A stretch of 64,000 nt of DNA from positions 7,130,001-7,194,000 of the forward strand of contig CATNEN010000034.1 of assembly GCA_950097015.1 (NCBI GenBank), given 5' to 3'. Positions 1 through 11,854 of the stretch are shown in pieces. This stretch comes from Macrostomum hystrix (lineage: Eukaryota > Animalia > Platyhelminthes). Each line of letters begins with the position of its first letter. Within the stretch, counting starts at the first letter, position 1. The notes beneath the pieces are model-generated. The model was not told the origin of the DNA. It was given only the letters and a program-made list of their open reading frames with translations, and searched no databases. Position numbers and translations under genes: made by a program.

Positions 1-3000
1 ACATTTCCTGAATTGTTGCTAAATAAAACTCAGCCAGAAAACGATTAGCATTGATATTTGACACTTTTAGCACCGACTAAGTAAAGATAAATGAATAATA
101 TTAACTTTTAAGATGTCATTTGTCTATTTTAGTCATTCAACAGTTCATTAGAGCGGAAAAATATCAGCGTTTAACTAAACTCTGCACTGAAATGCCAGTT
201 CCGAGGTCATACTCGGTTATTGTCAATTAACAAAGGAGTTTCGCTGACAAACAAAATAAAGCAGAACTTTTTTAAGAAAGCTAAGTGCTACGTTTTCTCA
301 TACTCGTACTTTTTATATAACAGTCCTGCAAAGCGACAAATAAGAAACAGATTAAGAAACAAATAAGAATAAGAAGCAAAAAAACAAAAAATAGAAAATA
401 GAAAATTTCCTATTTCTCTATTTTTTATGTATAGAAAAGAGCAGAAGCTTACCTGTTTTGTACTCGAATTCGACAGTTTAATTTCAAAAGAATACTACTC
501 GAGTCAGTGTCTTGCATCCATCCGACTGAGCAGAGTCGGATAGTCGAGTCCAAACAAGTTCGAAAATTCGGTTTGTTATGAATAAAATAGCCCACTTGCT
601 AAACAAAGAACGTGTATTATTAAATGCCGGGATTTCAACACAACACACTGTGCGTATGAATCCTGTCAATTTATATAGGCGCAAAACTGCTAGTAGAGAA
701 AAATATTAGCCTGTCTAATTCAGGCTTGATTCCAACAGAATGAGTGGCCTGGCCCGCAGTTGAGGGGTGGGTGCTGGAAATCAGCCAGTCCTGAGTACGC
801 CTATGTCCTGGGCGTATAGGGTGAAGGGAGGTACACAGACCAACTGTATAAAGCTAGTGTGCAAGAAAGACGCAGTCGGGCTGTATCTTCTTCTGAGGCT
901 GAACGCAAGAGGGAAATAAGAGACTAATGTAAAGCAAAAGGCAAGGCGCAGCTAGCTTAGCTAGCTAGCAAGGCAGAAGAGCTTGGTTTTGGCCTGAATC
1001 TTCCTCTGCTTCTCTTCTCGTGTGTGCAGAGGTATAGCAGAAGGCCTTAGTAGATAGGAAAGAGAGTAGGCAGTTTCTCCGCTTTAGGCTTTTAGCTTTG
1101 GTTGTATTGGCTGGTCCCAAACATGCCTTTCCTTTCTATCGTTGGAGGTCCTCCTGCCTTGGCTGTCCAACAAGAGAGAAGCGGGGGGTTCTCCGGGTGT
1201 ACATTCGAGGAAAGAGGGGCGGAGGGGGGTGGATGACAGTCGGGGGACAGACAGGCGAATAAGGTGTATGAAAGGATAGAAAAACGGAAAGACTATGGGG
1301 TTCATATAGTGTAGAGGGAATAAGGGTAGAGCGGAGAGAGGGAGTGAGTCAAAAAGGAGGGCGCGCGCCTTGCTATTGATTACTCACGAGGGCATCATAT
1401 AGAATGCAATGCAAGGGCAGTTCTGAGGGCTATAGAATATGGAACCCAAACAAAAAACTTGCTTTCTGCAAACCTAACGTTTTTTACTAACATTATCGTG
1501 GGACTATCAGTAGTATGTAAAGAGACTTTCAATATATATATTTTATTTAGCAACCAGTACAGTAATTAGAGTTGTAATCACAGAACAAGAACAAGGTTAG
1601 AGATTAAAATGCAAACAAAACTTACAGTAATTCCAGAAACCGCTATCAACAAATTGAGACGCCAGTGTAGAAAATAGTAGAAAATCGTCTGGTTCTTTTT
1701 GCACAGGCCAAATTCCCACTTTCAAACGGAAGCAGAGCCCCTCAGATTCACTTTTTGATACGAAAGGCTCCCAATCAAAAGCCAGCCATAGACAAACACC
1801 GTAACACGTATGCTTTTAGCATACTTAACATGCGAGAGAGAGCCATAGATAAATTTCAAGCACAAATAAGCCTAATCAGGTCTTTACCATAGACCTTCAA
1901 CTCGACACCATGTTTTAAGCAATCCAGCAATAATCTATGGCTCAAATGTTTGACTCTTAGGCTGCAAATGTTGCATTCTATTCAGCTTCCGTTAATAATC
2001 CGAAAACATTTGGGGACACTTTAAAAGGCAGTGTGTATGAAATGCGTTTTCTCATAGTAAACATACAGCTATGCTGTCCTTATCTACACAGGAAGGGTTT
2101 GGCCTCGATCGGTGTGAACTGTGTATATAATTACTATCCAATGTACTTTTGAGGTTCCGCCAAGGTCGTAGCCAAAGCTTGCTGTCGTTGACTTATTGTC
2201 TTATTTATAGATGCGGCACAACGCACAAGCAGTACACACAAATGAATACTTCTAAGAGGTAGATTTTTACGTACAGCGAAATTGCAACTCATCTACCAAG
2301 TAAAGTAATAGTTGAGGATAAATATAATTCGTTATGATAATGCCTCATCTAGGTTTTAAGGCTTAACAAGTCATGGGAATGGCGCTGCTATTGCCTAGAT
2401 GGCACAATCCCGAAATGGTACATTCCCAAAACCGGACATTCCGTTCCTTAAACGACAAATAAAAATATTATTTTCATTTTATGTGCATTCCCAAGATAGT
2501 ATATTCCAAATAATAACTCATACTAGAAATTGTTAGAAATTACACCTAGCCCAGTTGGGCCGGAGGTCGTATCTAGCGTCATAGCGGCAGCTAGGATTGC
2601 AATTCCCCGATTCCCTAATAATCCCGGGAAATCTAAATCGCAGGAGCTGGGCCTATTCTTTATCCCGGAAAGTACTAGATTATATTTCCGGGGAAATTCT
2701 GATCTCTGGATAGTAATGTTGAAACTCCTGGGAAATTTTCATAAAATCGGGTAGGACGTCATTCCGGAAGAGTATGATCCCAGGAAAGAGTCACTTTTAA
2801 AATCCCGGGAATGCGCACTTCAGTCTGCCACTCTCACATTAACTCTAATTTTCTACCCCAGCCAAGTATGTACCCCAGCTCATTTTACAACTAAGGAATT
2901 AACTAGTAGGACTAGTAGGACTACCAAGCTTTTCTGCCGCCCGTTTTTATACCAAGGGGGGATGTTTTTGGCAGCGCCTGAATGATAACAGCGTTGGGTG

Positions 3001-4702
3001 ACTAGTCACTGATTGGTTGACAGACTAGACGATGGTGTCCTGTGGTTGAGCTGTGCCTAATAGGCTTGATCAGTGAAATTGGAGAAATTCGCGTCAGGGT
3101 GTCCATAGTGGCCAATTTCCACCTGTTGCAGCCCTTGAAGGTCCAGCAGTCCGTCTATATAAATGTGGGTGACCACCAAAGACGCAGATGATGCAGGCAC
3201 ATTCGGGTGACATGCTAATACATTTTGAAAGCCTGGCAAGGCCGCACTGAGGCGCAGTGCTAAATTGTGTCTAGAGGTGTATGAAATACACTAGCGCTTA
3301 TGGTAAAAATCTGACCTTCGGGCAGAACCATAGAATATCTCGACGGCCAGAAGAGCTAGCGACTTGATTATTGTTTCAGAAGATGCGCAACAAAAAGTTG
3401 GCCCGTGTTCTTGAGTTTCGTGTGCTTGCGTTGCTCCGTTCGGGTGCAGCACAAAAAACTGTCAAAGGGAACCCTTTGGTAGTTTTACTTTAAATGGCCA
3501 TGCTCAAGAACATAAACTGTTTCCCTTGAGCTGAGATTCGAACTACTGACCTTTCACTAGGCTAAAAGCTCAGAAGTTAATAGCTATAATAGCTTCACTG
3601 ATAAAAGTGCAAGCAGAAAAAAAAGGATAAAGCAAACTAAAAAACTGGTCAAATTTGGTAAATGACGAGTGCTGAGAAACGATGGTGTCTCTAAAGTAGA
3701 CTATTTAAACCAAGTATTTTTATTTTGGGTCAACGGCGAGAAAGTTTTTTGCAGCGATTCTGTTTTTTTAAACATATTATTTTCTAAAACAACAAAACTG
3801 CATCGGTGGCTAGAGCTACCTGGGACATAATATATGCCATCTAACTATGTATCGATATAAACAAACACACTGCCATCTAACTCTATCTACTAATTAAAGC
3901 AACGCGATGATAAAAACACGACAGAGACAGATTGATAAGGAGATAAAATTTTGAGCTGTTTTGGTGCGGTCAAATATAAATATTCTTTTAACTTTCTTTC
4001 GATTTTAACGACAGTCGATGAAAAAAGGTAATAAGTGATTTGCGCGAGAAAAGAAAACTTTCAAGACGACACAACGGACACATAAAGGGAACCGGATTTA
4101 CTGAGAAATGTTAGATTTTTAGACAAATAGTTTTATGTAAGATCGGCAAGCTTTGCGACAGGATGGGATTTCCAAGTTGGACACTCATCCGCGACAATGA
4201 CACTCGGCTATTATAGGCTTAGGAAGTGAGAGACTGCGGAGTACCAGGTGGGGTGTTAAGCGAAAGCTAACAGAATTGCAGTGGGCTAATGAAAACAAAG
4301 CTATAATATGAAAAGCTCTACGGTGGCTGCGGGTCAGTAAGATGCGGGCTCATTTGGTGGCTGATGAGATGTCATTGAGTGGCTTCACTCAAAGACGGCA
4401 AATTATAAAGTAATGAGCTCATCTAAAGAATTGAATTAATTTAAACATTTTCCTAAGACTTGATAATAACAAACGAGCCAGAAAATGATCCGTCCTTGAG
4501 TGAGCCTTGTTCAATGATAGGGGCACACAAAAGACAAACTACAGCTAATAATAATAACATGAGTAGCTTAACGGGAATCAAAGCGAACCAAACTGCAGAA
4601 AATGGAACACACACAACAACAGACGACACAGTTGTTTGTTTAGTCTGAGTTTGCTTTGCGAGAATTTCGTTCCAGAGTCTTTTAGAGCATCGTCTTGGTT
4701 GC

Positions 4703-5191
4703 TCACTTCATGGCGTCAACGCGAGCCTCGACGCGGTCAAGCTCGGCGCGAAGAACCGGCGGGATGTCGTCGCCGACCTGCTCCTCGAGATAGCGCCGGG
4801 TCTCGTGAATGTCGCCCTTCCAGTAATCCGGTGGGATGCTGAACAGCTCCTTCCAGTTGATCTTCAGGCCATCGGTGTTGATGCTGCCTTCCTTTGGCAC
4901 CAGGCCGACGGCGGTTTGCTCGGCGATGTCCTCGCCATCCACGCGCCGCATCATCCAGTCCAGCACGCGGATGTTGTCACCAAAGCCGGGCCAGAGGAAC
5001 TTCTCATCCTTGTCCTTGCGGAACCAGTTGACGTGGAAGATCTTTGGCATCTTGCGGCCGGGCTGCTCCATGTCCAGCCAGTGCTGCAGGTACTTGCCAA
5101 AATTGTAGCCAAGGAAGGGCCGCATGGCCATGGGATCGTGCATAATCTGCTTGCCCTTAAACTCGGCGGCGGCCGTGGCCTCAGACTTTAC
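4703..5191 (-). CDS. PCK: PEPCK coding exon 4 (terminal)
   Basis: GCGCAG|GTA AAG TCT ([14 protein letters not shown]) through the TGA stop at 4703-4705. Confidence 0.95.
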   Translation of the reverse strand, partial: VKSEATAAAEFKGKQIMHDPMAMRPFLGYNFGKYLQHWLDMEQPGRKMPKIFHVNWFRKDKDEKFLWPGFGDNIRVLDWMMRRVDGEDIAEQTAVGLVPKEGSINTDGLKINWKELFSIPPDYWKGDIHETRRYLEEQVGDDIPPVLRAELDRVEARVDAMK

Positions 5192-8100
5192 CTGCGCAGG
5201 AAATTAAATTGGCAGGTTAAATTTTAGCATTCAGAAAAAGCGCGCTAACACGCTAGCCAATCAGAATTAAGAAGCGCACCAGCTAGCTACCCGCTAGTCA
5301 ATCAGGATCCAGATTCTAGTAGCACACCACCAATAAGAACACACTAACCTGAGCTCCAAGGAAGACGCCGTGCTTCCAGTCCTCAGCCTCGATGACCAGC
5401 GGCACGCCCTCGGGGCGTCGGCCGCCAAAGATGATGCCAGAGATAGGCACGCCGGCCGGGTCCTCCCATTTGGGATGCATAATCGGGCAGTTCCTAGCCG
5501 GTGCGGTGAAGCGCGAGTTTGGATGCGACGAAGGATAGTTCTCCTTGCTGCCAATCTTGTAGGGCTTGCCAAGCCAGGTGGTGATGGGGATGTCCTTATC
5601 GACTTCATCCTCAAGACCCTCCCAGAAGTAGCCACCGTCGGCAGTCTCGGCCACGTTGGTCAGGATGCAGTCACGCTGCAGCGCGGCCATGGCGTTTGGA
5701 TTTGTATAGTTGTTGGTGCCAGGAGCCACGCCGAAGAAGCCGTTCTCCGGATTGATGGCCACCAGCTGGCCTTCGGCATTGAATCGCATCCAGGCGATGT
5801 CGTCGCCGACGCAGCGCACAGTGTAGCCCGGCAGGCTGGGCAGGATCATGGCCAGGTTGGTCTTGCCGCAGGCCGAAGGGAAAGCGGCCACGAAAAACTT
5901 CTCCACACCTTTGGGATTAGTGACGCTCATGATAAGCATGTGCTCGGCCATCCAGCCTTCGTCGTAGGCGATGCGGCCGGCGATGCGCAGGGCGAAGCAC
6001 TTTTTACCCAGCAGAGAGTTGCCGCCGTAGCCAGAGCCGTAGCTAACCACCATGCGATCGTCAGGCATGTGCGCGATGATCACCTTCTCAGGATTGCCTG
6101 GGCGAGTTGATAATTGGAGGGATTTAGTAAAAAAATTGTAGGTTAAATCAGAGTGAGATTGGGACCGCCGTTGGCTAATAGTTTTTACGCCTATGACGCC
6201 AGGCTCCCAAAATCCAACAATATATAACATATTCTTGTCTTATCCCGCCTTGTCTCGTCTCTCTCTCTTCGATATAATCTATTACAAGTTATCTTGTCAG
6301 TCACAACTATCCATCGTCTAATCTCACCAGGTCTCATCTCTCTCCCGTGTCTCATGTCATCCACTGCGGCTCACGATTTACTCCTAAGTCATCCATTCCA
6401 TAGCATAAATTGCCTGGTCAACCAGCATCTATGCAGCAGGGTGTTATTGTCCAGCTCGATGCAAACAGTCAGATTTATCAGCGGTTCCAAAAAGTTGTTG
6501 CAACAAGTCAGTAAATGTAATCGTGTTGACAGTGCCTTCTAGCAGCACCTGCTCACTCCCCCCAGTCTAAATGGCTCCCAGACGTGGCTCGCCAATTTGC
6601 AGCCTGAATATCTGGACTTCCCTTAGAAAGCGCTCCTGCAGCCGCTTGCTGCTTTAGGTCAGGTCACGAGGCTTGAGCAGGAAGCGCAAATTGGATGACC
6701 AAAATTTGAGGGAAATATATAATAGCTGCGTTCTGCTCTGGAGCAAAGATACTATATATATACTCTAGATAGTTCACTTTAGTTTTTCTGGCAAACTGCT
6801 TGCTGTTGGGTAGACCATGCGCAAAGAGCAACATTTATTGCTTTTAATGCTTGTATCGCTGTTTTGACCATGGAGGAAAGAATAGAACAAAGACAACTAG
6901 AAGAATAAGGAAGGGACACTTCGTTTCTTGGAAAATTATTAAAGGCTGATTTTCACGGAAAAATGCACTAGCGAGATAGGAACTTTTTCACGTTTTTCAC
7001 ATTAAAATGTTGATAACTTTTTATAGGGAAGCAGATCCAATGCTGGTCTTTTAACAAAACTTGCAAAACATGTTGCTTCAACGAATTTAAAAAGCTTCAT
7101 TCATGAATAATTGATCTTCATTTTCTTTTCACTTATTTATCATGAAGCACAATAGCCAGTCAATAGCTATCTCGTGACTAACTAAATTTTACAGTCACTT
7201 TCTATTCAAGTATAAGTGCATTACGAGAAGTATGTCGATTTTTTTCATTAAAAATTTACAGTAGGTCAAGCTATAGACTAATTTTATGTCTGATTGGTTG
7301 CTATTGTGCTTTATGATAAATAAATAAAGTAAAATGAAGATCAGTTCTTCATAAATGAAGCCATCTAAAATTCGGTGAAAAAAACATATTTTGCAAGATA
7401 TATTAAAAGAACAGAATTTGATCTGCTTCTAAAACTTTCAAAAAGTTTCCAAGAAACGAAGTGTCCCGTCCTTCTTCTAGTGGTCCTTGGAATAGAATGG
7501 AGTGCTAGAGCCTGCTATTTTTGTTTCGCCCAATTTTCACTTTTAGCATCCTTGTCCCACCCGTTCCTTCTTCCTATTGGCTATCATGCTTGGTCTATTT
7601 GATATAGAAAAATCGATTTGTCCACTATGTCTATGGGCCTGAGCCGTATGGGTGGTGTTATCGGAGAGGAAAGAAAATTCATTCGTTTCCTTCCCTCTGG
7701 GTGTCACTTGTTGACATCGTATCTCGTATCTCGATTATTTTTTTGGCCACTGTATTAACCAAGGCCGAGGCTATCTTTAGCGTGCAGCCAAAACTCTCAC
7801 CTTTAATGCCACGCTGAGCGCGCGTCTATATATTATTAGCTAGAACTGGGGTGGCGACACCCACCCCGCTCCGCAACCAATCAAACGACCCAGGTGTACA
7901 CCTGGGCCTGGCTCACGTGCGTACGCACACTACAGCCACAACTTGCAGCTTTTTATCAAAAGTAATATGGGTCTAGACAGCTTATTTTCGCTTTCAGAAT
8001 CAGACAAGGTCGTAATTTACCTGTTTAATAGCAATCTGGAGCTATACATGCTAGCATAGCAGCGTAGTTTAGATGCAACTGCTTCATGGAATGCGTTTTT

Positions 8101-9955
8101 ATTGACGCCAAATTTAACTGAAGGCACTTAAGCCATAGACAATTCCTTAACTGCAGCAAACCACGCCTTCAGTTTACCGAAATTCCTATTTCGAGGCGCA
8201 AAAATACATTTAAATACGCTTTGCTACTGGACAGCAAGTAGTTTTATTAAAATCGTTCAATTGAGATGATTGGAAGTGAACTATCTAGGCCTCTAGGGTA
8301 TATAGTATCTGTGGTCTGGAGCGAAGCAAGTTCAAACTTGTCAACAGTGAACAAACACAAAAACACCAACCCTTTCTAATTACAGTGTAATGAGTGCATG
8401 TTAGAGCGTTTCTGTCCACGTCTAGCGCTTAACTCTACACGCACAGATGACCTCCCAGTGATCTCAAGCACTCAGTCAGTCTGACCTGCTCTGTATGCAT
8501 TTAAACACCACATTCAATGTACATTAATACCCTAACTCATTCCCCATCAGGCCAGTGATTTTGTACATAGTGTTACAACTCTGATTTCTAGCGTCGCGGG
8601 AAGAGAAGGAAAACGAAAAAATATGCAAGCCTGACCAAGCGCGCACTGGCACAGATATCTCCGAAACTCATTTCCAACCCCAGCTGAACTGAACCCGACA
8701 ATAACAAACCCGGCCTTGGCTTGACTACTTTACTGGACTGGCCTTGAAAAATAGGTGGCGTGTTCCAGACGCAGCTCTCTCTCCTCTCTCCCTCGCTCGC
8801 TGTCCCTCAATCAATTTACTAAATGTACAGCAGTTTCTCTTCCCCTCATACCAAATAAACTAGAATGTACACTTTCAGTCAGTTGGACCAGTTCTAGCCG
8901 GGTGAGGGAGAGAGAGAGAAAAAACAGCTAAAACCTATAGTCCAGACCAAGCAATACTAGCGAATGACCTCTCTCTGCACCCAATTCACAAATTCCTCGA
9001 TTTGTTATTGTCCACCCCAAGGGCCAAAGAGTCCTTAACAAGTTTCGGCTTCGCTTTTCTTCTAGCTCTATCCGCACTTCAACTCAAACGAACCAAATTG
9101 ACACGAATAAAAACGAATAAAGTAAAAACAAAAGGCTTGCGCTGATTTAAATTTAACCATGCAAAACAACGAGTTCATCGTGTACTTTAAATAGCTAAAT
9201 AGACTCACAAGGCCAGTGGTTAACCACGCGATAGTTGACTGGGCGCGGACAACCAACGCTGTGCAGGCAGCGAACAAATTCGTTGTCGCCAAGGATGCGC
9301 CAGATGTCGTGCGAGACGCGTGTCATTAGGCGCATGCACAGGACCACGTAGTTGGAGTCGGTTAGTTGAACGCCGATCTTGGACAGAGGCGAGCCGATCG
9401 GACCCATGGAGAATGGGATCACGTACATCATGCGGCCTATAGAAGGAAACAGTGGGTAATCAGATGGTGATAAGATCACAGGTTTCCTCACTACATCAGT
9501 TAAATCACGAAGCACTAACCGGCCATGCATCCGGGGAAGCGCTCCTGCATGGCGGCGTCCATAGCGTCGGGACTAATCCAGTGAGACAGCTGGGACTCGA
9601 CGCCGCCCTTGGTGTGGCACTCAGTAGCGTAACGATCGTTGGAGCACACAACTGTCCGCGACTCGACACGGGCAACGTCGCGTGGATCAGTGCGACAAAT
9701 GTAAGTGTTCTCGTACTTGGTTAGCTTATGCAGAGTGCCACGCTCCATCAGCTTGGTGGTAATCTCTTCGGCCTCCTCAACTGAGCCATCGCATATGTAG
9801 ACACCACGAGGCCGGCATACATCGACCCACTGGGTGACAAAGTCCTGCACCTGCTTGGGCAGGTAGTGGAAGTCACCCTTAGCAACTGGGACATGACCAA
9901 TGTGAGGCACAACGATCTCATGAACCTCGAAAGCAGATTCCTTTAGGCGCCACAT
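4703..9955 (-). CDS. PCK: Phosphoenolpyruvate carboxykinase (GTP), complete; complement(join(4703..5191,5349..6097,9209..9436,9520..9955)), 633 aa
   Basis: Signature [12 protein letters not shown], plus [81 protein letters not shown] and [17 protein letters not shown] introns with matching phases; exon lengths sum to 1902 nt. Confidence 0.97.
5349..6097 (-). CDS. PCK: PEPCK coding exon 3
   Basis: CAG|GC AAT CCT completes WPCNPEK; contains the P-loop; ends GCT CAG|GTTAGT. Confidence 0.95.
9209..9436 (-). CDS. PCK: PEPCK coding exon 2
   Basis: CTATAG|GC CGC ATG; [27 protein letters not shown]; ends CCT T|GTGAGT. Confidence 0.94.
9520..9955 (-). CDS. PCK: PEPCK coding exon 1
   Basis: ATG at 9955; ends ...CMA-G|GTTAGT (phase 1). 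Confidence 0.93.
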
Positions 9956-10404
9956 GATTCTTCAATCTTGTTTGGTTTGGATAGTCTGTTTAATGTAATT
10001 ACCAGGGTGAAAAAATTAAGATTTTGAGATGTACTAAATTTGAATACAATATGACAATGTAATATTTCGAAGTTCAAGCAACTATACAAAATGAGCTATA
10101 ATTAGCTACAATTATTATACCCTGGCTTAAAAATGTTTTCCTGTTTTCCATAAATTCACAGATACACAAAGCTGAATTTGCTTTGAAGCAAATATTTTTT
10201 ATTACATTAAAAAAATTTAATGTCTTTTTTGTGAATATGCATGATAAAAATAAACAAAACAGTTTGACAAAACAGCAAGAACAACCAACAAAAAACTATA
10301 TAATAATTTAAATACAAGGACAATATAAATCAAAGCCAAAGGCTATTTAAATATTTATTGAAATATTTAATAACTAAAAAAACTGGATTTGTAATATGAA
10401 CCAA

Positions 10405-10470
10405 GCACACACACACACACATATATATATATATGTACACACATACACACATATACACACATATATATAC
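10405..10470. repeat. (CA)/(TA) microsatellite; a similar tract lies at 11160-11285
   Basis: Dinucleotide runs. Confidence 0.85.
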
Positions 10471-10749
10471 ATAAAATGTAGAAGTAAATAAATTGACAAA
10501 TAAGTAACACAAAAGTGGTCCTAATTATAACTATGGACAAGTTCAAATGATATTATATGACTTTACAGAAAACGTAATAAATTTTCTAGACTTAAAAGCT
10601 GCTTTCTGCTGAAGCCTTAATAATAGTCATACTCATGGAATAATAAAATTTATTTACAAAAAGCAATAAACCTTTTAAAAAACAATCGTTTCTTTAGCTT
10701 TTAGGAGTAAGGATAAAACAAGTGACAAAAATGCTACTGTAGTTCTTAC

Positions 10750-10930
10750 CTTAACGACTGATAGAAAGCAATCGAAGATATTGAAGACTAGGGAGATCAA
10801 CTATAGCAGCTGACGAGTAATGTTGGAAGCGAAACAAAAACAGGTATTTCATACACTATTTATACTACCTAACAAATCTATGTTCGTGGGTAAATATGTC
10901 CTTGACGACAATAGCAGCAGCTCATATATA
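10750..10930 (-). promoter_or_regulatory. Probable PEPCK non-coding first exon with TATA-like element; predicted 5'UTR intron 9986..10749
   Basis: Strong donor AAG|GTAAGA at 10750/10749, acceptor TTAAACAG| at 9986 (30 nt before the ATG), and TATATA at about 10925-10930. Inference only. Confidence 0.4.
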
Positions 10931-11854
10931 AAAAACTATTCAAGTAAGTTTATTTGTTAAGTACATTTTTTCATAAATGACGTATTTATTTACAGGCTTT
11001 GTTAAAATATAATAATACGATTCGGTATTTTTGCGGTTTTTATTTGCTATCATTGACAGTACTGCTTCTCGTAAAAAGCGTTAAACAATCACGACAGACA
11101 GCTCTTTTTAATGCTTTAAAACAGCTGGTGTTGAGTTATGTGTACAAACACTTTCATGGGATTACATATATGTGTACATATATGTGTATATATATAATAT
11201 GTAATTAGGAAATATACGAATTCCATGTAATATATGTGTATATATATGCACACATATATACACGCATAAATATCTATATATATATCGCACCTGTAGCAGC
11301 GGCCGACAGTTTCTTTAACTGAGCATAGGAAATGAAATACTTGCACTACACTGCAGTAGTTCAATTCTCGAGGTCGTGAATTAGATAATTCATCGGCATG
11401 ACACAGTGCGAGGGGAGAAGAGCGGTAATGAAGGGTAAAGAGCGATATAAATTGCAAAATGGGGTGTTTGATAGCAACTGAAACACATTTGCCTGCAATT
11501 TCTAATATTTTAGCCAAAAACGTAAATAAGACTTTAGTTCAGCTACTAGATACTAGAATACTAGATAATGTATTCTAGTATCTGTTGTAATCCCGAGCTG
11601 TCATAAACAATTGCTGGCAAAAGACAACAGCCTGTGCAATTTTGCGACGGCTGGTACCAGTTTTCTAAACAAATGTCATCGATTTTGCAATTTTGACATA
11701 GTTAAGATTTTTTGTTTGCGTGATGCATGGTAAGTTGATTTCAAGTCCTTTAATGAAAATCTTTTGAATGGCCTTAATTATAGAGCATTATCTCATCCAT
11801 CGATAACATATTCTCCTTCAATGTATCTTGGATGGATGTGGATATATACACATA

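Noticed and set aside
3057-3239. 60-aa ORF with faint Merlin/IS1595-like wording (HIYIDG..NFSNFTD)
   Set aside because: Catalytic motif spacing does not fit, no TIRs are seen, and the frame is closed by nearby stops.
4360-4425. Hammerhead ribozyme candidate (CTGATGAG...stem...CAAA); a similar CTGATGA with a C(UUCG)G loop lies at 53410-53435
   Set aside because: The GAAA core is missing and stems I and III cannot be formed.
4805-6110. Plus-strand ORFs of 140 and 246 aa
   Set aside because: Antisense shadows of GC-rich PEPCK exons with no recognisable motifs.
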